Source of the DNA: Gammaproteobacteria bacterium
Lineage (GTDB): Bacteria; Pseudomonadota; Gammaproteobacteria; SZUA-152
Direction: 5' to 3'
DNA: 64,000 nt
Assembly: GCA_021647705.1 (NCBI GenBank)
Contig: JAKIUF010000007.1
Coordinates: forward strand, 76,751-140,750
How positions within the stretch are numbered: position 1 is the stretch's first letter; each line of letters begins with the position of its first letter. The notes beneath the pieces were generated by a model that was given only the letters and a program-made list of their open reading frames with translations, did no database searches and was not told the origin of the DNA. Below are positions 54,600-64,000 of this stretch, in pieces. Both the position numbers and the translations under genes were made by a program.

Positions 54600-55914
<1,315 letters not shown>

Positions 55915-55929
55915 CGTATCTTTTTTAAG

Positions 55930-56178
55930 GTGAATTAAGCGCTAAAAATATTCAATAAAATAAAGCTATTGGTTTACATTTGATGGAACAGGATGTTCCT
56001 CGACCACGAATCACAGCGTTATAAAATCCAACGCAAAGACGCGGAGGCGCAAAAAACGCAGAGATCCACAGTATTTGAGATTTTTTTATCTCTATTTGCT
56101 CGTTATCCTCATAACCCTTTGCGCTCTCTGCGTCTCCGCGCCTTTGCGTTGGATTTTCATTATTCAGGTCCAGCCAGC
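55930..56178 (+). repeat. Dispersed hairpin element, subfamily A copy 2
   Basis: Colinear with 22502-22738; AAAATCCAACGCAAAG..CTTTGCGTTGGATTTT hairpin. Confidence 0.85.
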
Positions 56179-56367
56179 CTGTTTTTATTATCGAGGTATC
56201 ATTTTAACAGCTAGGTAGCGCCCTTCTGCAACGGTACATTAGCAACAAGATCAATAATCGCTGGTATAAATACCGAATCACGGCAATGTCATTGACAGAC
56301 TTTCCATCCCATTGCGCTATTTCCAGTTTGCTGCTCATTACTTTTTGCGCTACTGAAACTCCCTGGA

Positions 56368-56808
56368 TTAATCAATGCTGGTACGAAACTGCACTATTCG
56401 ATAGGTTTCGTGAAAACCAATTGCCGCAAAGAATTTTTGTGCCTCAATGTTAGTCAGCTCTGTATCCATAGCCAATTCTGTGAAGCCTTTATTTTTGCAC
56501 CAGCTTTTTATGGTTTTCACGGTTTCTCTCCCCAGTCCCATCCCACGGTATTCTTTTTTCAGGTACAAACCCTCAAGGTATGCCACAGGACTGCTGAGAC
56601 ATCCATCAACAATATTTCGTGACGATAATTCCACAAAACCTGTTATTTGATTATTTCCGTCTTCCAGGAAGTAACAAAACCAGTCATCGCTCACAAATAT
56701 CTGTTTCATTTCCTGTTCATGAAATTCATCGTCGAGAGAACGGTACACGTCTTCCCGCATTGCTTTCCACTGCGTAAACTGATTTCTTTTTATTGGCAGT
56801 AGGTTCAC
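56368..56808 (-). CDS. GNAT N-acetyltransferase (AAC(6')-like)
   Basis: R..VDGC.SSPVAYLEGLY, YRGMGLG and ELAMDT motifs; GTG start overlaps the cupin stop. Confidence 0.85.
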   Translation of the reverse strand: MNLLPIKRNQFTQWKAMREDVYRSLDDEFHEQEMKQIFVSDDWFCYFLEDGNNQITGFVELSSRNIVDGCLSSPVAYLEGLYLKKEYRGMGLGRETVKTIKSWCKNKGFTELAMDTELTNIEAQKFFAAIGFHETYRIVQFRTSID

Positions 56809-57176
56809 TGATTTATAGACTGACTTGGGTATGACATTTCCAGCACCACACACCCGACATCTGTTTTAAAAGGGCCGTGCAATTCTCCCGGTGGGCGGCT
56901 TGCGTAATCACCAACCTCCAGCCATCGGCCAAATGCTTCATCATAAAGCCTGCCTTTTATAATCATGATTTCTTCCGGGTATTCGTGGCTTTTTGCGCCA
57001 AATGACGCGGTATCAGCACCCGGCTTGAAACGGGTCAAACGAGTATAGTCTCCGGTATTTTTATCCATCGCCAATGTGAGCTGTTCTAAAAGCCCATCAC
57101 TGCCTTCAATAATTTCCCACGCACAATCATTGCTTTTATCCAGGGCATTCCAATACGTTTTAGTGCTTTTGCTCAT
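56805..57176 (-). CDS. Cupin-domain protein (ChrR-like)
   Basis: SHEYPEEI..G..GDYASRPPGELHGP motif. Confidence 0.85.
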   Translation of the reverse strand: MSKSTKTYWNALDKSNDCAWEIIEGSDGLLEQLTLAMDKNTGDYTRLTRFKPGADTASFGAKSHEYPEEIMIIKGRLYDEAFGRWLEVGDYASRPPGELHGPFKTDVGCVVLEMSYPSQSINQ

Positions 57177-57232
57177 TTATTGCTCTTTCCACAATGTCAT
57201 TACAGTAAACATTATATTTATTGTAGGTTGGC

Positions 57233-57430
57233 CTCAAATATAAATTAAGCGCCAAAAACATCTGTTTTAAGAATCACCGGGTATTTAACGCAGAAGTCGC
57301 AGAGGCGCAAAGGGCGCAGAGAAAAACACTAAAAAATTTACGTCCTCTGTGCCTCTGTGCTTATAACACGCCACTTGTCAGTGCCACGAAACAATCCCTC
57401 AATACACTGGAGCGATTGTCCGGAAGCTTC
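57233..57430 (+). repeat. Dispersed hairpin element subfamily B with inverted loop
   Basis: Flanks colinear with 43868-44060, but the loop GAGAAAAACACTAAAAA is in the opposite orientation. Confidence 0.85.
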
Positions 57431-57482
57431 TGTATTGCGCAGGCTTCAATCATTGATTCATTATTCGAATGCATAACATCCG

Positions 57483-57851
57483 CTAATAAGTAAATGTCAC
57501 CGTATCATCATCCATGGCTTCACTGATAATGTACGCGGCACCTACCGTTTCATCAATTTCCGGAATCAGGTTTTCACCCCACAGCTCCAGAGTAGAGGCA
57601 CATATTTTCAGCTTCGCCCCGGCTTCCACAGCATCGCACATCAGGTCATAAACCGTTTTTTTACTGCCTGTGGGAAAATGCAAATTTTCAGCAACACCAA
57701 CATTGGCCAATTCACCTGCGCGCCCCGTGAGCAAAACCTCCACGTCATATTCCATGGCAGCCGCCACGCTGGCCTGCATAAAAGGTGTGCCCAGTTCCGA
57801 GGGATTGCTTGGGTCAGTGTTCATTAATACGATTAACAGTTTGTCTGCCAT
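57483..57851 (-). CDS. DsrE/DsrF-like family protein
   Basis: PF..A.VAAAMEYDVEV, GAKLKIC and GAAY motifs; 122 aa. Confidence 0.8.
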   Translation of the reverse strand: MADKLLIVLMNTDPSNPSELGTPFMQASVAAAMEYDVEVLLTGRAGELANVGVAENLHFPTGSKKTVYDLMCDAVEAGAKLKICASTLELWGENLIPEIDETVGAAYIISEAMDDDTVTFTY

Positions 57852-57876
57852 GATTGTCTCATCTCCGATTCAGGCG

Positions 57877-58992
57877 TTAGCCCGGTTCAATAGTCATTGT
57901 CGGTGCATTTTCCAATACAATACCATCCGGCACATGCACTGTGGAGGTAGGGAAGGCCATTTCTGCACCATGCTGTTCAACGATAGCAGCAATCTTCAAT
58001 AACACGTCCTGTTTAATGGTGTGAAATTCGACCCATACCGTGGTTTTGGTAAAAGTGTACACAAAAAAATCCACCGACGATGTCGCGCAGGAAACAAAAT
58101 TCACCATCAGGGTCTGTGTAGTATCGATGGCCGGGTGATTTTTCAGCATGGTTTCCACATCGGCAGTGATCGCCGACATTTTACCCATATCCTCATAACG
58201 GAGACCAAAGGTTTCATAAATGCGCCGGTTGGTCATGCGCGAGGGATTTTCCACGGCGATGTTGGCAAACACCGAATTGGGTACATACAGGGGACGTTTA
58301 TCGAAAGTGCGAATCATCGTCAGCCGCCAGCCGATGTGCTCTACCGTACCCTCAATTTCGCGGTCCGGAGAGCGTATCCAGTCGCCCACAGAAAAAGGCC
58401 GGTCGAGATAAAGCATTAGCCCTCCAAAGAAATTGGCGAGCAGGTCACGGGCAGCAAAACCTACGGCAATACCCCCCACGCCACCAAACGCCAGCACCCC
58501 GGAGATACTGAAACCGAGGGTCTGCAACATCACCAATCCGGCGGTAATGATCACAGAAAGACGCAACAGCTTGGTAATGGCATCCAGCGTGGTAACATCC
58601 ACCGGCTCGCCTTTGGCCTTGCGGGCAACAATAATATTGCCTTCGGCCTGCCGGATAAAACGCACCAGAAACCAGGTCAGCGCGACAATAACCAGCACAT
58701 CCTGTACCGGCTCAACGATGGCGAAAATTTCTGCCTCCGTCTGCGTTGCGGCAATTTGCGCGGCCAGGCTGATGCCCACGACCCAGATCAACAGACTCAA
58801 TGGGCGGCGTATAGCTTCCAGCAGCGCGTCATCCCAAAGATTTTTGGTTTTTTCAAAACGCTTCGTTAGGCTGCGCAGAACACGTCGCTGCACAAAATCT
58901 GCCAATAGGGCAACAAATACGATGACAAATATCTGCGAAATCCACACACTGTCGCTTTGCCAAAAGTCACTTTGTAAAAAATCAATATTCAT
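57877..58992 (-). CDS. MscS-family mechanosensitive channel
   Basis: GGIAVGFAARDLLANFFGG, PFSVGDWI, GTVE.IGWR, VPNS and AFPT motifs. Confidence 0.95.
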   Translation of the reverse strand: MNIDFLQSDFWQSDSVWISQIFVIVFVALLADFVQRRVLRSLTKRFEKTKNLWDDALLEAIRRPLSLLIWVVGISLAAQIAATQTEAEIFAIVEPVQDVLVIVALTWFLVRFIRQAEGNIIVARKAKGEPVDVTTLDAITKLLRLSVIITAGLVMLQTLGFSISGVLAFGGVGGIAVGFAARDLLANFFGGLMLYLDRPFSVGDWIRSPDREIEGTVEHIGWRLTMIRTFDKRPLYVPNSVFANIAVENPSRMTNRRIYETFGLRYEDMGKMSAITADVETMLKNHPAIDTTQTLMVNFVSCATSSVDFFVYTFTKTTVWVEFHTIKQDVLLKIAAIVEQHGAEMAFPTSTVHVPDGIVLENAPTMTIEPG

Positions 58993-59078
58993 TCACGCTA
59001 CCTTCTTTCACCGCTTGGAACCAGGCTCCTATCATAGCGAAAAAAGGTGGAAGGCGCGCCACACACACGGGGCAAATT

Positions 59079-59702
59079 TCAGGAAGTTTGTGGGGCAGCC
59101 CGACGGGCAGGCAGGGACTGACGCTGATACCAGACACGTACCAGCAACAAAGCCAGTAAAATAGCCGCGTGGATCAGCGGCAGCAGGTAATCTGCTTTCA
59201 CTAACCAGAGATAGTGCAGAATGCCAAAAACGGCAACCACATACACCAACTGATGCAATTGCCCCCAGCGTTTACCCAGGCGACGCATCATGGCATTGGT
59301 GGAGGTGACGGCTAACGGTACCAACAACACAAAGGCGCTAAAACCGATGGTAATATAGGGGCGTTTGATGATGTCTTTAAAAATTTCATCCCAATCGAAA
59401 AACTGATCCAGCACAAAGTACGTCAACAAATGCAGACAAGCGTAAAAGAATGCAAACAAGCCCAGCATACGTCGCACCCGTAGCAGCCAGCCCCAACCCA
59501 ACATACGCCGTAATGGTGTTACTGCCAGAGTGATCAGCAACAAACGCAAAGCCCAATCACCGGTACGATGGGTAATTTCTTCGATGGGATTGGCACCGAG
59601 CTGATCGGTGAAGCCCGCCCAGATACCGAAAACCAGGGGAAACAGGCAGGCTATAAAAACCAGTGGTTTTATTAATGCGGGTTTCATAGTGTGCATTATC
59701 AT
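59079..59702 (-). CDS. msrQ: Methionine sulfoxide reductase heme subunit
   Basis: GANP, RRMLGL, Y..LH, TS and W..LH.LVY..LHY motifs. Confidence 0.95.
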   Translation of the reverse strand: MIMHTMKPALIKPLVFIACLFPLVFGIWAGFTDQLGANPIEEITHRTGDWALRLLLITLAVTPLRRMLGWGWLLRVRRMLGLFAFFYACLHLLTYFVLDQFFDWDEIFKDIIKRPYITIGFSAFVLLVPLAVTSTNAMMRRLGKRWGQLHQLVYVVAVFGILHYLWLVKADYLLPLIHAAILLALLLVRVWYQRQSLPARRAAPQTS

Positions 59703-59726
59703 GGTGGGTTATTGCAGGATGAGTTA

Positions 59727-60689
59727 TTAATAATTACGTCGCAAGTCCATGCCCGAATACAGGCTAGCCACCTGTTCTTCATAACCATTAAACATTTTTG
59801 TTTTACGTTTCAAAAATTCACCGATGCGCCGCTCACGGCTCTGACTCCAACGCGGATGATCCACTTCGGGATTAACGTTAGCGTAAAAACCATACTCCTG
59901 TGGCCCGGACAAATTCCAGGTGGTATTCGGCATGGTTTCGGTAAAACGAATTCTGACAATGGACTTGATGTTTTTAAACCCGTATTTCCACGGCACCACC
60001 AATCGAATTGGCGCACCATTTTGATTGGGTAATACGTCCCCGTATAAACCTACAGCCAACAATGTCAGAGGATGCATGGCTTCATCCATGCGCAGACCTT
60101 CCACATAGGGCCAGTTCAGCACTCCACGTTTTTGTCCTGGCATTTGCGCAGGATCATACAGGGTAGTGAACTCTACATACCTAGCCTTCGATGTGGGCTT
60201 GAAGCGCTTGATCAATGCACTCAACGGAATACCCACCCAGGGAATCACCATGGACCAGGCCTCCACACAGCGCATCCGGTAAATACGTTCTTCCAGCTGA
60301 CTCTCTTTAATCAAGTCCTCCAGTTGATAATCAGCAGGTTTTTCCACCTCGCCTTCCACACGCACATTCCAGGGATCTGTCTTCAGCGTGTGTGCATATT
60401 TTGCCGGGTCTTTTTTGTCGGTACCAAATTCGTAAAAATTATTGTAGCGGGTGATATCCTTCAGTGAATTGACTTCTTCATCGGTGGAAAAGCGGGTATT
60501 TTTTTTGAATTGCAGAGCCGCAACCTGTGCCGCTGCTTCGCCAGGAAACATCATCCCTGGCACAACTGCACCCGCAGCAACGGCCAGGGCAGCGCGGGAG
60601 CCTGCCTGTAAAAAGGCGCGTCGTTGATGATAAATTTTTTCATCCGTAATATCAGATGGTTTGATATCGTCAGGGCGTTTGATCAGCAT
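59727..60689 (-). CDS. msrP: Methionine sulfoxide reductase molybdo-subunit
   Basis: Tat motif RRAFL; [23 protein letters not shown] and HPRWSQ motifs. Confidence 0.97.
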   Translation of the reverse strand: MLIKRPDDIKPSDITDEKIYHQRRAFLQAGSRAALAVAAGAVVPGMMFPGEAAAQVAALQFKKNTRFSTDEEVNSLKDITRYNNFYEFGTDKKDPAKYAHTLKTDPWNVRVEGEVEKPADYQLEDLIKESQLEERIYRMRCVEAWSMVIPWVGIPLSALIKRFKPTSKARYVEFTTLYDPAQMPGQKRGVLNWPYVEGLRMDEAMHPLTLLAVGLYGDVLPNQNGAPIRLVVPWKYGFKNIKSIVRIRFTETMPNTTWNLSGPQEYGFYANVNPEVDHPRWSQSRERRIGEFLKRKTKMFNGYEEQVASLYSGMDLRRNY

Positions 60690-61024
60690 TGATATTCCTC
60701 ATTCAACTCCATAGCAGAATCCAGTCTCCAGATTACCCATCGGCCAAAGTGCGCCAAAGATAATGTTTCTTTAGCGACTCCTCTTCCCTGTACAGCCGCT
60801 ATGAACTTATCATTCAGGCAACAGTCGGACTTCGGAGCAACACACTAAAATTAACGAATAATCAATAAATTATAGTCTTAACTTGGTATCTGGTCTTGAT
60901 TAGACCACTTCATATCCAACAGCATGAACAACTTAAAAATTAAGCCCGAATTAATAAAACCACGCCAAGCTCATGGATGACAGCACATTCCTGATGTCTG
61001 CACGCCGTCAATCATGCATCAAAT

Positions 61025-61058
61025 TTGTCACGGTACTGTCACAATGCAACTATATATT
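61025..61058 (+). promoter_or_regulatory. Pho-box-like direct repeat with -10 element
   Basis: TTGTCAC-GGTA-CTGTCAC (11-bp period), then 10 nt, then TATATT. Confidence 0.55.
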
Positions 61059-61104
61059 CACACATCAATACCTTTTGCCCAATAAATTCTGAGGTCAACC
61101 CAAC

Positions 61105-61593
61105 ATGCTTCCCCGCTTACCTGCACTTTCGGTCACTCTGCTCTTTTTCCTCACCTTGCCCGCTTTCGCCGTAGAACCTGCCCCCGACTTCACCCTGCCC
61201 ATTTTTCCTGACAACCATGAAATCAGCCTGAAAGACTTCAAGGGCCGCGTGGTATACCTGGATTTCTGGGCGACTTGGTGCCCACCCTGCCGCAAATCCT
61301 TCCCATGGATGGATGAAATGCATGAACGTTACAAAGATGAAGGATTGAGCATCATTGCCGTCAGTGTGGATAAAAAACGCGAGCAGATCGAGCAATTCAT
61401 CAACAGAATAGAACCCGCATTTATTATCGCCCACGACCCCACTGGCACCGTTGCCAAAACCTACCAACTACGTGCCATGCCCACTACATACCTGATCAAC
61501 AGAAACGGCCAGCTGGTAATGACCCACATGGGGTTTCGTTCCAAAGACACAGACAAACTGGAAGCGGCCATTCAATCTCTTCTGGAGGAATAA
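61105..61593 (+). CDS. TlpA-family thiol-disulfide oxidoreductase
   Basis: Signal peptide; DFWATWCPPC; cis-Pro MPTT. Confidence 0.93.
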   Translation: MLPRLPALSVTLLFFLTLPAFAVEPAPDFTLPIFPDNHEISLKDFKGRVVYLDFWATWCPPCRKSFPWMDEMHERYKDEGLSIIAVSVDKKREQIEQFINRIEPAFIIAHDPTGTVAKTYQLRAMPTTYLINRNGQLVMTHMGFRSKDTDKLEAAIQSLLEE

Positions 61594-61598
61594 CAGGC

Positions 61599-61817
61599 AT
61601 GGTAAAAACTGTTCTACTCTCAATGTGTATCAGCTTGGTGCTGAGCGCATGCAGCCTGGAACCGGTACAACCCTGGGACCGGGATTTGTTGGCCCAACAA
61701 AAAATGCAGCTAGTCGCGGACCCGCTAGAGATTTACCTTGATGAACATACCTATTTCAGTAAAGAAGCTTCCAGTGGTGGCCAAGGCGTAGGTGGTGGAG
61801 GCTGCGGATGCAACTGA
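61599..61817 (+). CDS. DUF4266 lipoprotein
   Basis: LSAC lipobox, VQPWDR..LA, and C-terminal KEASSGG..GGGCGCN. Confidence 0.9.
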   Translation: MVKTVLLSMCISLVLSACSLEPVQPWDRDLLAQQKMQLVADPLEIYLDEHTYFSKEASSGGQGVGGGGCGCN

Positions 61818-63148
61818 AAAAAACACAACAGGGTCCACGTCACATTCGCCGTCAACTGGCAGCGGCCACCTGCACTTTACTCGCCGGAGCCAGTCACGCA
61901 GGCGGCTTGATTGCTTCCGGTGATAACTGGACAATTGATTCTGCATTATTGATTTATACTGAAAAAGACCGTGTATCACTGGCGGAAGGCATACTGAGCA
62001 TCAGCAAGGAGATCGATGACGACGAATTTATTAATGCACGTATAGTGACGGATGTTTTAACCGGCTCCTCTCCGAATGGTGCGGTGCCTTCCAATACTGC
62101 ACAAACCTTTACCAATCCCTCGGGAAACTCAAGTTACACTGAAGCAGCAAACACCACACCGTTAAATCACACCTTCAAAGATCTCCGCAATGCGTTAAGT
62201 ATAGAATGGGATACCCCTTTAAGCAGAAGCCTGCGCGGTACCATCGGCGGCAACGTATCCCAGGAGTATGATTACCTGTCTACCGGAATATCCGCTTCCC
62301 TCGCGCAAGATATTAACCAGCGCAATACCACGCTCACTCTGGGCCTTTCTTTGAACAAAGACACCTGGGATCCGGTGGGTGGTGTTCCCGTCGGCTTTAC
62401 CGTTATGCCTGCTTTTCCTGCCAAAAAAGACATTGATGGCATCAAAACGGATAAAACCGTTAAAGAAATACTATTTGGTGTTACACAGGTCATCAACCGT
62501 CAGACAATAATGCAGATCAATTACAGCCGAGGTCAGAGTGATGGTTACCTCACTGATCCGTACAAAATTCTCAGCATACTGGAAAACGATGGCAGCGGAA
62601 ATTTACGCTCAAGCAATCCTTATGTTTACGAAAATCGCCCCGAGCAGCGAACCTATCAAAGCCTATATTGGAAAGGTGTGCATCAATTCCCCAATGAAAA
62701 TGTACTCAACGTGTCTTATCGGTATTTCTGGGATGACTGGGGGATTCAATCGCACACGGTGGATTTGCGTTATCGTTTTGATTTCGACGGTGGCCATTAT
62801 CTGCAACCACACCTGCGTTATTATCAACAGGGTGCCGCTGACTTTTACCGGCAAACACTTACCGATGGTGAAGAAAGCACATTGTCATATGCCAGCGCCG
62901 ATTACCGGCTGGGGGAATTCGTCACACAGACCATTGGCCTGAAATATGGCTTTGAATTCAAAAACGGTGCTGAAATCAATTTCCGTGCAGAAATGATCAC
63001 GCAAAAAGGTAAAGACCGCAGTGCAGATGCGGTGGGTATATTACAAAACCAGCAACTGTTCCCGGATAACGAGGCTTATCTTTTGCAGGGTGGGCTGTCG
63101 CTGGATTCCGATATGGTGATTAAATACATCATGCGTTTTTTCAAATAA
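61808..63148 (+). CDS. DUF3570 outer-membrane beta-barrel protein
   Basis: DVLTGSSPNGA, GYLTDPYK, YRYFWDDWGI, RYYQQ and SADYRL motifs; overlaps DUF4266. Confidence 0.88.
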   Translation: MQLKKTQQGPRHIRRQLAAATCTLLAGASHAGGLIASGDNWTIDSALLIYTEKDRVSLAEGILSISKEIDDDEFINARIVTDVLTGSSPNGAVPSNTAQTFTNPSGNSSYTEAANTTPLNHTFKDLRNALSIEWDTPLSRSLRGTIGGNVSQEYDYLSTGISASLAQDINQRNTTLTLGLSLNKDTWDPVGGVPVGFTVMPAFPAKKDIDGIKTDKTVKEILFGVTQVINRQTIMQINYSRGQSDGYLTDPYKILSILENDGSGNLRSSNPYVYENRPEQRTYQSLYWKGVHQFPNENVLNVSYRYFWDDWGIQSHTVDLRYRFDFDGGHYLQPHLRYYQQGAADFYRQTLTDGEESTLSYASADYRLGEFVTQTIGLKYGFEFKNGAEINFRAEMITQKGKDRSADAVGILQNQQLFPDNEAYLLQGGLSLDSDMVIKYIMRFFK

Positions 63149-63397
63149 ACCGTGCCAGACCTCGAACGCAGAATAGATTATTTTGTCGGTATGTAACCAT
63201 GTAAGGTTTTACGCACAACAACTGTTGCGGCATATGGAATACACCCTACCTGGCTAAGTTCGGCATATGATTTACGAAAATAGTGCTGGTCGCTATGTGA
63301 AAATAAGATGGTAAAGTATCTACTAATACTTCTACTATGTCGCCCAATCAATGCACTCCTTAGGGACGTGCACGTCCCTTAGAATATCATGAGGATT

Positions 63398-63435
63398 TAA
63401 AGCGGTGCTTCGTTTGTCGCCGAAGCGCCGCTTTA
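63398..63435. terminator. Bidirectional terminator-like hairpin
   Basis: TAAAGCGGTGCTTCG..CGAAGCGCCGCTTTA between convergent genes. Confidence 0.6.
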
Positions 63436-63446
63436 GGCTCTCCAAT

Positions 63447-64000
63447 TTACTGCGTTGTAAAAGTTCTCACTTCACTTTCTGTTGTTAATTTTCCATCACT
63501 GGCGACCACTTTCCAGTAGTAGGTTGTACCCGCTTTAAGCCCGGATTCCTGATGGGACAAAACAACATTACCACCACCGCCACCACTGCCACCACCACAT
63601 GCGCTCAGCACAAGACCGGCGGCGAGCATGAGCATGAGCGCGGGAGTTTTCCGTTTCAGCCCGCCCATGCAGGCAATGCCTAAAATAAACAAACCATTGC
63701 CAAAAGACGCAAGCTGCGTGAGCCCTATTATCGCGGCTGCCACAACTGTCGTCGTGCCGCAATCTGTGCCCACAAATGTGTCGTTATCACAAATGAAGAA
63801 GTCATATGTCATGGCATTTCCATTGGCGTCCGTACTGGCGTTCCATTGGAAATCGACCGTCGTACCGAGGCCCGTTTGTCCATTGTCGGGCGAAATGAGG
63901 ATCGGCGCACTGGGTGGGGCATTAAAATCACCCACGGCGAGTGGATCGACAATGATACCGTTGGCAACACCGTCCAAATCGAAAGCACCGCCATCGGTCA
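63447..64000 (-). CDS. C-terminal part of a surface protein: choice-of-anchor-U-like motif followed by an FN3-like domain interrupted by a hydrophobic hairpin/lipobox
   Basis: Frame open to the window edge (TDGGAFDLDGVANGIIVDP). FN3 halves APILISP..W..STD..TY and LKAGTTYYWKV..SE..TFTT. Confidence 0.75.
   Translation of the reverse strand, partial: TDGGAFDLDGVANGIIVDPLAVGDFNAPPSAPILISPDNGQTGLGTTVDFQWNASTDANGNAMTYDFFICDNDTFVGTDCGTTTVVAAAIIGLTQLASFGNGLFILGIACMGGLKRKTPALMLMLAAGLVLSACGGGSGGGGGNVVLSHQESGLKAGTTYYWKVVASDGKLTTESEVRTFTTQ

Noticed and set aside
55993-56214. Small ORFs within repeat elements (also 22658-22885)
   Set aside because: They lie within non-coding repeats and are not kept in frame or strand between copies.
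56368-56808. Calling the GNAT an aminoglycoside resistance gene
   Set aside because: Only family-level AAC(6')-like motifs; the substrate cannot be inferred.
56180-57240. Integron with attC sites
   Set aside because: No RYYYAAC..GTTRRRY boxes recognised after the genes and no integrase.

Overview
Gammaproteobacterial chromosome segment, probably from a chemolithoautotroph and possibly a sulfur oxidiser. (1) 1-15.4 kb: an alpha-carboxysome/CO2-concentrating locus, on the minus strand except for the NUDIX gene: cbbL-cbbS-csoS2-csoSCA-csoS4A-csoS4B-csoS1-csoS1-bfr-acRAF-(unannotated 56-aa VWPD McdB-like gene)-sbtA-sbtB-cbbR-csoS1D, then a NUDIX hydrolase and sulP-mcdA-mcdB running off the left edge. 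Its Rubisco and shell proteins look alpha-cyanobacterial, and CsoS2 is short. (2) 17.6-33.9 kb: the conserved rpsB-tsf-pyrH-frr-uppS-cdsA-dxr-rseP-bamA-skp-lpxD-fabZ-lpxA-lpxB-rnhB cluster with divergent map. (3) 34-64 kb: housekeeping genes (yciO, PHP, yciB, yciI, bolA, PPIases, ligA, def, csiV, mtnP, hpt, mscS, msrPQ) mixed with accessory genes: a DUF900 hydrolase, a lipoprotein S8 protease with a PrcB-like partner, GFA, a multicopper oxidase, GNAT, cupin, TlpA-DUF4266-DUF3570, and a surface protein whose FN3-like domain is split by an internal signal peptide/lipobox. Several short dispersed repeat families occur: a MITE with an 8-bp target duplication, REPINs, and a 7-copy hairpin element family in which one copy has an inverted loop. 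I found no rRNA, tRNA, CRISPR array, transposase or integrase. All calls come from reading motifs by eye; no database searches were run.
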